64,000 nucleotides of DNA from Verrucomicrobiia bacterium (GTDB lineage Bacteria; Verrucomicrobiota; Verrucomicrobiia; Limisphaerales; UBA8199): assembly GCA_035294005.1 (NCBI GenBank), contig DATGLT010000242.1, positions 2,159 through 66,158 on the forward strand. The letters are read 5' to 3'. Of this stretch, positions 46,470-56,339 are shown in pieces (positions within the stretch are counted from its first letter, which is position 1; each line of letters begins with the position of its first letter). A program made the translations under genes and the position numbers. The notes under the pieces are model-generated. The model was not told the origin of the DNA. It searched no databases and saw nothing but the letters and a program-made list of their open reading frames with translations.

Positions 46470-46760
46470 CTAATCCGTGGTTCCATTCACGATACAAACG
46501 CAATTGTCACTGCCGAACTGGTTGGGCTGTCGCGTCGAGCATTGAGGATCATCGCGCCATTGCCCATCCACCAGCAATCGATACTCATACCGCCCCGGGG
46601 GCAAAGAAATTGTTTTCTTCCAGAGGCCGTTCTTGTCTTTTTTTAAAGTGATAGGCGCCTGGTCCCATCCGGTAAAGTCGCCTGCCAGCGAAACACTCTG
46701 AGCAGAAGGAGCGTGGTAAGTAAAAGTCACTTTCTGTTTTACAGATTTTTGATTAGCCAT
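46470..46760 (-). CDS. stand-alone glycogen-binding (CBM48/AMPK-beta-like) domain protein (96 aa)
   Basis: VTFTYHAPSAQSVSLAGDFTGWDQAPITLKKDKNGLWKKTISLPPGRYEYRLLVDGQWRDDP is the CBM48 pattern. Confidence 0.75.
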   Translation of the reverse strand: MANQKSVKQKVTFTYHAPSAQSVSLAGDFTGWDQAPITLKKDKNGLWKKTISLPPGRYEYRLLVDGQWRDDPQCSTRQPNQFGSDNCVCIVNGTTD

Positions 46761-46947
46761 GATGGTCGCCTTGCTTTCAATGGCGGCACTGCTTCACTTG
46801 GAGCCGCTTCCTGACCGAAGCGACATTGCCGAAGATCTGTTGGGCGGTCAAGTGCCGGACCAATCCCGCGGCACCCGCGTTGGGCTCCGCTCTCGCCCGT
46901 TCCAGGATCTGTTTGTCCGGCTCAAGTGCGGATTGTATGCTCCTCAA

Positions 46948-48339
46948 ATGACATGCCCGCTTGCCTGCTCTTTTCTCGTGTTATTCACGATTGGCGAGTT
47001 TTTGCGCGGGGCGGCGAATGGCCAAGTCGAATCGGTATCGGTCAACACGAGGAACGCACAAGCAGTGGCTGAAATCGTGAATGGTAGCCGGACTGTTGCC
47101 AACGCCGCCTGGTGGGGCTTTGATCCCGCGGATTCAACGGAGACACTTCAAGCGGCTGTTAATTCCAAGGCAACGACTCTTATTGTTCCTTACATGGGAG
47201 CTCCCTGGGTTATTCGCCCAATCCAGTTGCGAGGACGACAGGAAATCATTTTTGAACCGGGAGTTGTCATGCTGGCCAAAAAGGGAGAGTTCCGCGGGAC
47301 CGGCGACAGCTTATTATCCATCGTGGGTCAGTCGAATCTGGTTTTGCGCGGGTACGGTGCGATACTGCGAATGCACAAGCCGGATTACCAGGCCGAGCCC
47401 TACAAAAAGGGAGAATGGCGAATGGGCATTGCGATTCGCGGATGTAAGAACGTGCTAATCGAAGGCTTGAGAGTTGAAAGCACTGGCGGAGACGGGTTTT
47501 ACGTCGACGGCGGCGCGGACCGAGGGTGGAGCGAGGATATCACAATACGAAACTGCACTGCCTACGACAATCATCGCCAGGGCCTGAGCGTCATCAGTGC
47601 CATGAACCTTGCGGTCGAGAACTGCGTCTTTGCAAGCACGCGGGGGACGCCGCCGGAAGCGGGCATCGACCTGGAGCCGGACACAGAGGAAAACCGGCTC
47701 GTAAACTGCCTCATTCGGAACACGGTTTTTCAAAACAATAACGGCCACCAGGTTCTAATTCATTTGAAACCATTGAGTCGGAAGTCAATGCCAGTCTCTA
47801 TCCGATTCGAAAATTGCCTCGCACAAATGAACGATGGCCGAGGAACGACGATTGAACCCACTCCCGGCAAAGGGTTGAGCGGTGCAGCCGGGATCGTCGT
47901 CGAAGACATCCGAGATGACGGGCCTTCAGGAACTATAGAGTTCGATCATTGTGTCACGCAACGCACGAGCAAAGAGAGTTTGCGCATTTATGATAAATCA
48001 TCCCAAGCAGTGCGTGTGCGTTTCGTAAACTGCGCTTTCAATGATTCATGGGCGTCCCACGAAGACACCAGCAGAGCTGTGGCGGCCCCAATTGTGCTCG
48101 CTTTGCGCCACCCCGAACTCACCACTCATTTTGGAGGACTCGATTTCATAGACTGCAACGTTTATGACCATATCAGCCGGCCGCCGATGCGCTTCGAAGA
48201 TCGAAAAGGTGCCGGCGTTCTGGCGGACGTCAAAGGCACGATTCTCGTGCGAGCACCAGGGTACGTGCCGGTGGACCTCGGACAAAAAAGGAACACTGTC
48301 GATGTCAAAACCCTTTTTGAGCAAAAGAACTCGCAATGA
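46948..48339 (+). CDS. right-handed parallel beta-helix repeat protein (pectate-lyase-superfamily-like), 463 aa
   Basis: ATG 46948 gives MTCPLACSFLVLFTIGEFL (signal-like). Contains AAWWGFDPADSTETLQAAVNS and repeated beta-helix rungs (GIAIRGCKNVLIEGLRVES, ITIRNCTAYDNHRQGLSVIS, LAVENCVF, CLIRNTVFQNNNGH). Confidence 0.7.
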   Translation: MTCPLACSFLVLFTIGEFLRGAANGQVESVSVNTRNAQAVAEIVNGSRTVANAAWWGFDPADSTETLQAAVNSKATTLIVPYMGAPWVIRPIQLRGRQEIIFEPGVVMLAKKGEFRGTGDSLLSIVGQSNLVLRGYGAILRMHKPDYQAEPYKKGEWRMGIAIRGCKNVLIEGLRVESTGGDGFYVDGGADRGWSEDITIRNCTAYDNHRQGLSVISAMNLAVENCVFASTRGTPPEAGIDLEPDTEENRLVNCLIRNTVFQNNNGHQVLIHLKPLSRKSMPVSIRFENCLAQMNDGRGTTIEPTPGKGLSGAAGIVVEDIRDDGPSGTIEFDHCVTQRTSKESLRIYDKSSQAVRVRFVNCAFNDSWASHEDTSRAVAAPIVLALRHPELTTHFGGLDFIDCNVYDHISRPPMRFEDRKGAGVLADVKGTILVRAPGYVPVDLGQKRNTVDVKTLFEQKNSQ

Positions 48340-49102
48340 AGGGCAGCGGGAAGAAGCGAACACGAATCTGTCGAAGCGCTGGGCCCGTCCATTCCATCAC
48401 TCCCGCAAGCAGGTCAGCCGCCTGAGGTCGTTTCTCCTTCGAAGTCACCAGATTCGGAATCCTCAGCTGTAGAAGCCTCACTGGGTTTCGAACGTTTTCG
48501 AGGGCTTTTTTCGCCCTCCTGCCTGCGATGGTGTGCCCATAGTCGGCATCCAGCCGCTCAAGCAATTCAACACTTTTTTCGAGCTGATTCAAGCGACCGT
48601 ACAGTTTGGCCAGGTGCAAAGCCGCCCAGGCCCACTGGTCATCCGGTATTTTGTGCTTGAGCATCTCTTCGTACTCGAGGGCGGCGGCAAGATCATTGTG
48701 GAGGTCATACCGATAGATCTCAGCGATCTTTCCCATGACGTGAAACTCGTAAGGATGGGCCTGGAGGTACTCGCGCAACAGCCGGATCGCTTCGAGCGGT
48801 TGTCCGGCAGCTCTTACTTTTTGGGCCTCCTCCAATTCAGGCACGGGTCCGGTAGGGGTTCCCGCTTCGGCCATCCAAGCCTCGGCGCGGCTTCGAATAA
48901 CCCCTCGAAGATCAAAACCACAAAGGATGGCAAGCACACCGATCGACACCACCAATAAGGTTAGGTACAAAACTGCGAGACCCGATGAGGCCCCGGCAAC
49001 CTGGTGAACTACCCGGGTGTGTTCGCGCCAGTAACAGAACCCGACCGACGCAGCCACACCAACACAAGTGACATACGCTGCCGTTTTGCCGGATGCCTTC
49101 AT
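48305..49102 (-). CDS. membrane-anchored TPR-like protein (265 aa)
   Basis: Two N-terminal TM helices, then a helical repeat region (AIRLLREYLQAHPYEFHVMGKIAEIY..., WAWAALHLAKLYGRLNQLEKSVELLERL). Its 3' end overlaps the convergent beta-helix gene by 35 nt. Confidence 0.6.
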   Translation of the reverse strand: MKASGKTAAYVTCVGVAASVGFCYWREHTRVVHQVAGASSGLAVLYLTLLVVSIGVLAILCGFDLRGVIRSRAEAWMAEAGTPTGPVPELEEAQKVRAAGQPLEAIRLLREYLQAHPYEFHVMGKIAEIYRYDLHNDLAAALEYEEMLKHKIPDDQWAWAALHLAKLYGRLNQLEKSVELLERLDADYGHTIAGRRAKKALENVRNPVRLLQLRIPNLVTSKEKRPQAADLLAGVMEWTGPALRQIRVRFFPLPFIASSFAQKGF

Positions 49103-49153
49103 TCAGGATCGGACGTCCGAGCGGCGGAATTGGTTTCGCCCAAAACCATGCCC

Positions 49154-49438
49154 TCAGCCACGGTCCAAAAATGACAACCTGTCATCGGGCTCGCCCAGGC
49201 TTGATGTTCCCCCGTCATCATCGCACACGACCAAACCACGGCTTGAGCCGGTGTATTCCTCATATCCCGGAGAAAACTCCTCCAATTCCCCATCGCTGAC
49301 GAAAACAACGGTCGCATAGGAGCCGTTATGGCGCACGCGGTCGCCGGCATGAACCTCTTCACCTGTTGAGTAATGTAATGGCTCGGGGTCCATAAGGAGT
49401 GATTTATGGCCCAGCGTAAGCAAATATCGGTCCGGCAT
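49154..49438 (-). CDS. hypothetical small acidic protein (94 aa; ATG at 49393 also possible)
   Basis: ORF only. The sequence [33 protein letters not shown] suggests a small beta domain. No family recognised. Confidence 0.4.
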   Translation of the reverse strand: MPDRYLLTLGHKSLLMDPEPLHYSTGEEVHAGDRVRHNGSYATVVFVSDGELEEFSPGYEEYTGSSRGLVVCDDDGGTSSLGEPDDRLSFLDRG

Positions 49439-49496
49439 TCAATCAGAATCAGCAAATAGACTTTCGCCAAGGGAACGGAGCTGTATACTTGACGGG

Positions 49497-50570
49497 ATGC
49501 TGCAAACTCAAAACCTGCGAGTCAAAGACGCTGTTCGGCTGATGACTCCCCGGGCTCTGAAAGCTGAACTGCCGGCCTTGGAAGGCAACAATCAGGCCGT
49601 GGTCAGCAGCAGGCACAGGGTCACCCGAATCCTTAGACGGTCCGATGCCCGCCTGCTGGTCGTCGTCGGGCCCTGTTCGATACACGACGTTTCGGGGGCT
49701 TTGGACTACGCGTCGCGATTGGTCTCCCTTCAGCGGGAATTCCGAGACCAAATGGAAATCGTCATGCGGGTTTACTTTGAAAAGCCCCGCACAACAATTG
49801 GCTGGAAGGGCTTCATAAACGATCCGCATCTGGACGGCAGCTATGACATCGAGACGGGCCTCAAGCGAGCCCGGCGCCTTCTTTTGGAGCTAACGGGCAT
49901 GGGCTTGCCAACTGCCACGGAGTTTCTCGACCCTATCATTCCCCAATACATTGATGACCTGGTGACCTGGGCGGCCATTGGCGCACGAACCACCGAATCG
50001 CAAACGCATAGGGAAATGGCCAGCGGCTTATCCATGCCAGTCGGGTTTAAAAACGGCACCGACGGAAGCCTGCAGATTGCGCTCGACGCCATGATCTCAG
50101 CGCGGGCGCCTCACAGTTTCCTCGGCATCGACCAGGACGGCGTTACCAGCATCATACGGACTATCGGCAATCCGGTCGGTCATATCGTGTTGCGGGGAGG
50201 AAGGGCTCGCCCGAATTATGACGCCGCGAGCCTTCGGGACGCTGAGCAGCAATTGGAGAAAGCGGGATTACCGCCGGTGCTGATGGTGGATTGCAGCCAT
50301 GCCAACTCCGGAAAGCAGCACGCGCGGCAGGAGGAGGTGTGGCGTAGCGTCATCGAGCAACGTGTCGAGGGCAATCAAGCGATCATTGGCACAATGCTCG
50401 AAAGCTACCTTCACGAGGGCAATCAGCCATTTCCCCGGCCTCTTAAGGAATTGGGCTACGGGATTTCCATCACAGACGCGTGCCTGGGATGGGAAGCAAC
50501 CGAGCGAATGCTTCGGTGGGCCAACGAAAAACTCGCGGCCGGAAAGCCAGCGGCGTCCGTCATGGGTTAG
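49497..50570 (+). CDS. 3-deoxy-7-phosphoheptulonate (DAHP) synthase, class I
   Basis: 357 aa with [30 protein letters not shown] and VDCSHANS, typical of AroF/G/H-type enzymes. Confidence 0.9.
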   Translation: MLQTQNLRVKDAVRLMTPRALKAELPALEGNNQAVVSSRHRVTRILRRSDARLLVVVGPCSIHDVSGALDYASRLVSLQREFRDQMEIVMRVYFEKPRTTIGWKGFINDPHLDGSYDIETGLKRARRLLLELTGMGLPTATEFLDPIIPQYIDDLVTWAAIGARTTESQTHREMASGLSMPVGFKNGTDGSLQIALDAMISARAPHSFLGIDQDGVTSIIRTIGNPVGHIVLRGGRARPNYDAASLRDAEQQLEKAGLPPVLMVDCSHANSGKQHARQEEVWRSVIEQRVEGNQAIIGTMLESYLHEGNQPFPRPLKELGYGISITDACLGWEATERMLRWANEKLAAGKPAASVMG

Positions 50571-50702
50571 GACGCGCTGGCAACCCTTTGCGCGGGCGCA
50601 ACGTTCCGACCCAACCATCCTGGCTGCAATCCGGGATTGGCAATCGACTGCGCAAGGGGTAAAAAGCAACCAACAAGTATGGATGAGGCGGATGCCGATT
50701 GA

Positions 50703-51281
50703 ATGAATCTTCCGAATAAGCTGACTATTTCGCGGTTTATTCTGACGATTGCGTTCCTGGCCGTGCTGCCGATCGAACAAACGATCGCGCTGGTGTTATT
50801 CGTTGCAGGCGGCATCAGTGATTTTTTGGACGGATACATTGCCCGCCGGGACAAACTGATTACCAACTTCGGAATTCTGATGGATCCCCTTGCGGATAAG
50901 ATCATGGTCTGCTCGGCATTCATAGCATTCGTGGGGCTGGGACTTCTGCCTGCCTGGATGGTCGTCATCATTGTCGCCCGCGAACTCGCAATCACCGGGC
51001 TGCGACTACTTGCCGTCTCTAAAAATGTCGTTTTGGCCGCTGAAGGATACGGCAAACACAAGACCATCTCTCAGATTGTGGCCATCATTTCGATCCTGGT
51101 GGGACTGAGTTATCGGCACTGGGGCTCCTTTGGAACCGCTATTTTCGGATTCGAGGTTTTTGGGTCGCCATGGCTCACCTGGTTTACGCGGGTTTCAACT
51201 TGGGTTGCCGTGGCTCTGACCTTCATCTCGGGCTGGCTGTATCTGTGGCGCAACCGCGCGCTCTACCTGGACGACATGTGA
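50703..51281 (+). CDS. pgsA: CDP-diacylglycerol--glycerol-3-phosphate 3-phosphatidyltransferase
   Basis: MNLPNKLTISRF plus the CDP-alcohol phosphatidyltransferase motif DFLDGYIARRDKLITNFGILMDPLADK. Confidence 0.85.
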   Translation: MNLPNKLTISRFILTIAFLAVLPIEQTIALVLFVAGGISDFLDGYIARRDKLITNFGILMDPLADKIMVCSAFIAFVGLGLLPAWMVVIIVARELAITGLRLLAVSKNVVLAAEGYGKHKTISQIVAIISILVGLSYRHWGSFGTAIFGFEVFGSPWLTWFTRVSTWVAVALTFISGWLYLWRNRALYLDDM

Positions 51282-51775
51282 GACTCTGGATCGCCCAGGG
51301 CTTCGGCATCGGCCGGGTCCCATTTGCGCCCGGCACATTTGGCTCTATTCTCGGTTTGGGCTGGTTCGCCGTCCTCCTGCTCACAGGCAAGCTTTGGCTG
51401 TATTTCCTGGGGACCGCCGTTGGCCTCGGACTCTCCGTGTGGCTGTGCGGTTATGGGGAGGTTGTCCTCGGGCAAAAAGATCCCGGTTCAGTGGTGTTCG
51501 ATGAAATCGCCGCAATTCCAATCTGTTTCCTCTCGTGGGTGAGCTTCTACTCATGGAAGACGGGCACTTTTCCGGCCATGCAAGTGTTCTTCAAAGCGCA
51601 TTGGCTAAGCACAATCGGGGTGTTTGCCTGCTTCCGCCTTTTGGATGTCTGGAAACCCTGGCCAGTGAGGCAGAGCCAGGTTTTGCCTGGCGGCTGGGGC
51701 ATTACCGTGGATGATTTTTTGGCCGGCATCTATGTTGCAGTGATCGTGCTGGTGATCGTGTCCTGGACGCTTTAG
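51278..51775 (+). CDS. pgpA: phosphatidylglycerophosphatase A (165 aa)
   Basis: GTG 51278 overlaps the pgsA stop (GTGA). Contains GFGIGRVPFAPGTFGS and DVWKPWP, typical of PgpA. Confidence 0.8.
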   Translation: MRLWIAQGFGIGRVPFAPGTFGSILGLGWFAVLLLTGKLWLYFLGTAVGLGLSVWLCGYGEVVLGQKDPGSVVFDEIAAIPICFLSWVSFYSWKTGTFPAMQVFFKAHWLSTIGVFACFRLLDVWKPWPVRQSQVLPGGWGITVDDFLAGIYVAVIVLVIVSWTL

Positions 51776-51790
51776 CAACCGGCACCCACC

Positions 51791-52681
51791 GTGAGAGCTT
51801 GTGTGATTTTCAATCCAGCCGCTAAAGGCGAGAAAGCGCGGCGCTTCAGGAAACACCTGGAAGAAGTTGGCAGGGGGGCGATCCTCAAGCTGACGACCGG
51901 ACCGGGTGATGCGCGCCGGCTTGGCTGTGAGGCTGTCCAGGAAGGGTTCGACACGGTCATCGCCGCGGGGGGTGATGGGACGGTTAACGAGGTTCTGAAT
52001 GGCGTGGGTGACGCGCCGAAGGGATTTGAGACCGCCAGACTGGGGGTTTTGCCGTTGGGAACGGTAAATGTGTTTGCGCGGGAGTTGGGCATTCCTTTGA
52101 ACCCGGTCCGGGCCTGGGCATGTATTCAGAAAGGCAAAGAGATTCACGTTGACCTTCCACAGGTTCATTATCACGCGCAGGGAAAGGAACAGCTTAAGTA
52201 CTTCGCACAACTGGCCGGTGCCGGACTGGATGCCCGCGCTGTGGAACTGGTCGCGTGGGAACTGAAAAAGAGGGTCGGGCCCCTGGCATACGTGATGGCA
52301 GGGTTGCAGGCCCTGATGGACTCACCCGCGCAAATCACGGCCACCGGGGGCTCACATAAATCGAGCGGGGGCCTGGTCCTGATCGGCAATGGCCGGCTTT
52401 ATGGCGGGACTTTCCGAATCTTCCCCGCAGCAGACTTGCGGGATGGCATGTTGGATGTTTGCGTTTTCCCAAAGGTAAACTGGTTTACCCTGGCGCGATG
52501 TGGGCCGCAGTTGCTTTTGCGCGGCACTCTTCCATCGTCGGCGGTCGAGGTCTTCCAGGCATCCAGAATCGAATTAACCGCAAAGACCCGCACCCCAGCC
52601 GAGGTGGATGGCGAACTCCTTGGAGATCTACCCGCCACGTTCTCGCTTGCAAAATCAAAGCTCCGGGTGATCGCACCGTAA
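51791..52681 (+). CDS. diacylglycerol-kinase-family lipid kinase (YegS/BmrU-like)
   Basis: IFNPAAKGEKA..., catalytic motif AAGGDGTVNEV and LGVLPLGTVNVFAR. Confidence 0.8.
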   Translation: MRACVIFNPAAKGEKARRFRKHLEEVGRGAILKLTTGPGDARRLGCEAVQEGFDTVIAAGGDGTVNEVLNGVGDAPKGFETARLGVLPLGTVNVFARELGIPLNPVRAWACIQKGKEIHVDLPQVHYHAQGKEQLKYFAQLAGAGLDARAVELVAWELKKRVGPLAYVMAGLQALMDSPAQITATGGSHKSSGGLVLIGNGRLYGGTFRIFPAADLRDGMLDVCVFPKVNWFTLARCGPQLLLRGTLPSSAVEVFQASRIELTAKTRTPAEVDGELLGDLPATFSLAKSKLRVIAP

Positions 52682-52779
52682 ACAAGACCACCGCCGCCCA
52701 TAACGATTGCTTTAGCCAGTTGCGCAATAGAGCGCAATGCGTCACATTTCCTCTACTTCATTTAAACCAGCAACGAACT

Positions 52780-53817
52780 ATGAAACGACGCTCATTCCTG
52801 AAAACGGTTGGCAGCGCTGCCGGCGCGGCGGCGTTGGGAGTCCCCAGAGTATTTGGAGCAGAATCGACTAAGAATGGGAGTGCCCCCCTCCCTCGAAGGA
52901 TTCTCGGGCGAACTGGTGCCAGTCTCTCAATCGTCGGGTTTCCAGGGCTATCACTTACGAAATGCGGACAGCAGGAGGGTACTGAGGCGCTGCATCGCGC
53001 TTTCGACCGCGGAGTGAACTATTTTGACGTCGCTCCCAATTATGGAAATGGCGATGCAGAGATAAAAATGGGTGTAGGATTGCAGGGGTTGGACCGGAGC
53101 AAGTATTTCCTGGCGTGCAAAACGCACAAGCGAGACCAGGCAAGCGCCCAGATGGAATTAGACCGGTCGCTGTACCGCCTCAAGACCGATCACTTTGACT
53201 TGTACCAACTCCATCACCTCGTTACGCCGGCGGAGGTAAAGCAAGCACTTGGGCCAGGAGGCGCCATGGATGCGATTCTCAAGGCGAAAGACCAGGGTAA
53301 GATCAAGCACATCGGCTTTTCAGCTCATACAACCAAGGGGGCGCTCGAGGCAATGAGGACGTTTCAGTTCGATTCGATCATGTTTCCCATTAATTTTGTC
53401 GAATTCTACACGCGCGGCTTCGGCAAAGAAGTTATGGCACTAGCGAATGAACAGGGAGCGGGGCTGATCTCGATTAAGCCAATTTCTTGGGGCACATGGC
53501 CGAAGGAAGGCAAGAAAAACCGTGAATGGTGGTACCGTTCCGTGGAGGAACCAAAACAAATCGATCTCGCAGTGCGTTTCGCGCTGTCCCATAAAGGCGT
53601 AACGGCGGCCATCCCAACCTCGTTCATCGATCTCTTTGAAAAAACGGTCGAGGCGGCAGCCTCTTTCCGGCCCCTGGATGATCAAGGTGCCGAGGAACTC
53701 AAACAAATGGCCGCCAACAGGGAATCAATTTTCCTGAATGAGGAAAAGCAGGTTGCAATGAACCATCCTCATTCAAACCCGGAATACTCATCCGGACGAA
53801 ACTTAATGGCGGGATAA
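52780..53817 (+). CDS. aldo/keto reductase with twin-arginine (Tat) signal peptide (345 aa)
   Basis: ATG 52780 gives MKRRSFLKTVGSAAGAAALGVPRVFGAES, with RRSFLK as the Tat motif. The AKR core has FDVAPNYGNGDAE (Asp/Tyr), LACKT (Lys) and LYQLHH (His). Confidence 0.8.
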   Translation: MKRRSFLKTVGSAAGAAALGVPRVFGAESTKNGSAPLPRRILGRTGASLSIVGFPGLSLTKCGQQEGTEALHRAFDRGVNYFDVAPNYGNGDAEIKMGVGLQGLDRSKYFLACKTHKRDQASAQMELDRSLYRLKTDHFDLYQLHHLVTPAEVKQALGPGGAMDAILKAKDQGKIKHIGFSAHTTKGALEAMRTFQFDSIMFPINFVEFYTRGFGKEVMALANEQGAGLISIKPISWGTWPKEGKKNREWWYRSVEEPKQIDLAVRFALSHKGVTAAIPTSFIDLFEKTVEAAASFRPLDDQGAEELKQMAANRESIFLNEEKQVAMNHPHSNPEYSSGRNLMAG

Positions 53818-53925
53818 TGTCCCGCTTTGGGCCGGGCAATCGAAAGCGATGCAACCGACCAAACCATACTCGGACCCTGTGGCCATTTTTTATGGAACCT
53901 CAGTGTCGCCGGCATCAAAGAACCA

Positions 53926-55119
53926 ATGACCCTATCTGAAAATCAGCTGTTTGAGAGATCCATTGAGTTTGCATCTTCGATATTCATTACGGCCGCAGCC
54001 CTCGTTTCAAGCGTGTCGTTCGGCGCTGAGCCAGCCGCGTCTTCCACCACGTACCGAGTCTACTTTGGCACTTACACCGGCCAAAAAAGCAAAGGCATTT
54101 ACGTCGCGGAGTTTGACTCTTCCAGCGGAGCGCTTAGTGTGCCCGAACTCGCGGCTGAAACTCAAAATCCAACTTTCCTCGCCGTCGATCCGGAAGCCAA
54201 TAACTTATATGCAGTCAATGAAGTCGCGGGTTTTGGCGACGGGAAATCCGGCGGCGTAAGCTGCTTTCACTTGGATCAAAGCACCGGAAAGCTGGCCTTC
54301 GTCAACGAGGAGCGTTCCGGCGGCGCCGGACCCTGCCACCTTGCAGTAGATCCGAAGAGCCGGTGCGTTCTGGTCGCAAACTACGGCAGCGGGAGTGTGG
54401 CCGTTCTGCCAATCGAACCTGGTGGCCGGCTCCGGCCCCCATGCACTTCGATTCAACACCACGGCTCTAGCGTCAATCCTCACCGGCAAGAAGGGCCACA
54501 TGCCCACTTTATCACGTGGGATCCCGCCAACCGATTTGTCCTGACGTGCGATTTGGGTCTGGATAAAGTCCTTTTCTACAGGCTCACACCAGATCTTTCC
54601 TTGATGCCCGATGACCCGCCCGCATTTGCTTCACGACCTGGCTCTGGCCCAAGGCACGTCGCATTTCACCCGAACGGAAGGTTCGCCTTCATCATCAATG
54701 AAATGGCCTCCACGGTGACCGCTTGCGAGTACCAGTCGGAGAAAGGAGAATTCAAAGAAATTCAGACCATCAGCACACTCCCTGAACAATTCAAGGGCGA
54801 GAACACTTGTGCCGAGATAACGGTGCATCCCTCCGGCCGCTGGGTCTATGGTTCGAACCGGGGCGCAGACAACATCGCGGTGTTCGAATGCGACTCAATT
54901 TCAGGCCGACTGCGAACCGTCCAGCACCAGGGCACAAATGGCAAAACGCCGCGACATTTCACGTTGGATCCCACCTCAAAGTGGCTGTTGGCGGAAAATC
55001 AGGACTCCAACAACGTCGTCGTGTTTCGAGTAGATCCCGAAACGGGAAGGCTAGCCGCCACGGGGCGAGCGATCGAACTTGGGAGTCCGGTTTGCGCAGT
55101 GTTTGTTAAAAAGCGTTAG
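53926..55119 (+). CDS. exported 7-bladed beta-propeller lactonase-family protein (397 aa)
   Basis: Hydrophobic N-terminus FASSIFITAAALVSSVSFGA. Contains YFGTYT...GIYV, GAGPCHLAVDP, GPRHVAFHPNGRFAFIINE and a PRHFTLDPTSKWLLAENQDSNNVVVF pattern of YbhE/Pgl-type lactonases. The start codon choice is uncertain. Confidence 0.75.
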   Translation: MTLSENQLFERSIEFASSIFITAAALVSSVSFGAEPAASSTTYRVYFGTYTGQKSKGIYVAEFDSSSGALSVPELAAETQNPTFLAVDPEANNLYAVNEVAGFGDGKSGGVSCFHLDQSTGKLAFVNEERSGGAGPCHLAVDPKSRCVLVANYGSGSVAVLPIEPGGRLRPPCTSIQHHGSSVNPHRQEGPHAHFITWDPANRFVLTCDLGLDKVLFYRLTPDLSLMPDDPPAFASRPGSGPRHVAFHPNGRFAFIINEMASTVTACEYQSEKGEFKEIQTISTLPEQFKGENTCAEITVHPSGRWVYGSNRGADNIAVFECDSISGRLRTVQHQGTNGKTPRHFTLDPTSKWLLAENQDSNNVVVFRVDPETGRLAATGRAIELGSPVCAVFVKKR

Positions 55120-55880
55120 TTCTTTTTAAGCAAACCGCCCAGTCCCTTCGTCACCTTTCCCGCGGCATCGGCAGCAGTATTGCCAAGGTCTTTGGTCAAC
55201 CCCGTAGCGTTCTTTCCCAGATCCGCTATTGCGCCGGCGGCGACCTGCGCCGCCTGCTTTTCGATTTGGTTCAGGACGACCTTTGTCAATTCGGCCACAG
55301 TTATACCATCAGGCCCCTGGCCAAGACCCGTAAGGTGAATCTCCGGCAGTGCTACGGTGGCGGACTGGCCACCAAGCGCCGTGACGCTCACATGAATCTT
55401 TCCACCCGAAATGAGGAAGTCGTCAACCTGCAGCTTCCGGCTGGCGTTATTCTCTTGTTTGGAACCGGAACTCGAGGAGCCACTAAACGATTCTACATTT
55501 GCAAGGATCTTGCTCAGGTTGTTCCCCTTAAAATCCGTCTCAAATGTGATCTCTGGCGCTTGAACGTTTATCGAACGAATAATGACCTTGCTGGAGAATA
55601 CAGAACCGGGCGCGATGGCAAGGCTGGCAGTTCCGACCTGTATCGCTGAAGGGCTTTTGAATCCGCTGGGGTTGCCCACGAATAGGCCTTTGAGTTTTCC
55701 GGAGCCCGACAGAAGGGAGAGGCTGGCAGAATCCAGTTTAACTTCCACTTTGGTCAGCAGAGGGCCAACTGTGTCAACACCTCGTTTCACCAGGTTGTCC
55801 ATAAACAACGCGATGCAAACAGCCGCGAGAATCAACAGCGCCAAAGCTGCGATTGTTAACCGGACGAGGAGCTTTTTCAT
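55116..55880 (-). CDS. membrane-anchored hypothetical protein (AsmA/DUF748-like N-terminal region?), 254 aa
   Basis: N-terminal anchor LTIAALALLILAAVCIALF, then VKLDSASLSLLSGSGKLKGLFVGNPSGFKSP. The family assignment is tentative. Confidence 0.5.
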   Translation of the reverse strand: MKKLLVRLTIAALALLILAAVCIALFMDNLVKRGVDTVGPLLTKVEVKLDSASLSLLSGSGKLKGLFVGNPSGFKSPSAIQVGTASLAIAPGSVFSSKVIIRSINVQAPEITFETDFKGNNLSKILANVESFSGSSSSGSKQENNASRKLQVDDFLISGGKIHVSVTALGGQSATVALPEIHLTGLGQGPDGITVAELTKVVLNQIEKQAAQVAAGAIADLGKNATGLTKDLGNTAADAAGKVTKGLGGLLKKN

Positions 55881-55931
55881 AGTTTTGTCGCGAACGGGTT
55901 GCTCTTTAAGTGCACTGATTTTCCATGGGAG

Positions 55932-56339
55932 TCAACTTGAGAGAATCTCCTTTACAACTTCAATAAGGTCGCTGGCCTGATACGGTTTGGCTAAAAATCG
56001 GTCTGGTCTGACAATGGCGCCGTCGAAAATGTCGCTTCCCACTGTCCCGCTGATCAACAGGATTCGCTGAGCGGGCTCGATTTGACGGCATCGTTCTATC
56101 AATTCCATGCCATTAATCGGTGGCATGGCATAGTCGGTAATGACGAGGTCCGGACGCGGCTGCGCTCGTTCAAATGAGTCCAGGGCCGCCAGGGGATCAC
56201 GGAATACACAGACGCCGTAGCCGGCGGACTCAAGGATGACGCTCGCCAGGTCCAAAAGCATCGGTTCATCGTCCACCACATAAACCAACGGTGGGACGAC
56301 GGTGTCGGGTTGGGCGCGGGTGGGGTGGGGGTTGGGCAT
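55932..56339 (-). CDS. single-domain response regulator receiver protein (135 aa)
   Basis: Contains LVYVVDDEPMLLDL, DLVITDYAMPPINGMEL and FLAKPY. Confidence 0.8.
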   Translation of the reverse strand: MPNPHPTRAQPDTVVPPLVYVVDDEPMLLDLASVILESAGYGVCVFRDPLAALDSFERAQPRPDLVITDYAMPPINGMELIERCRQIEPAQRILLISGTVGSDIFDGAIVRPDRFLAKPYQASDLIEVVKEILSS

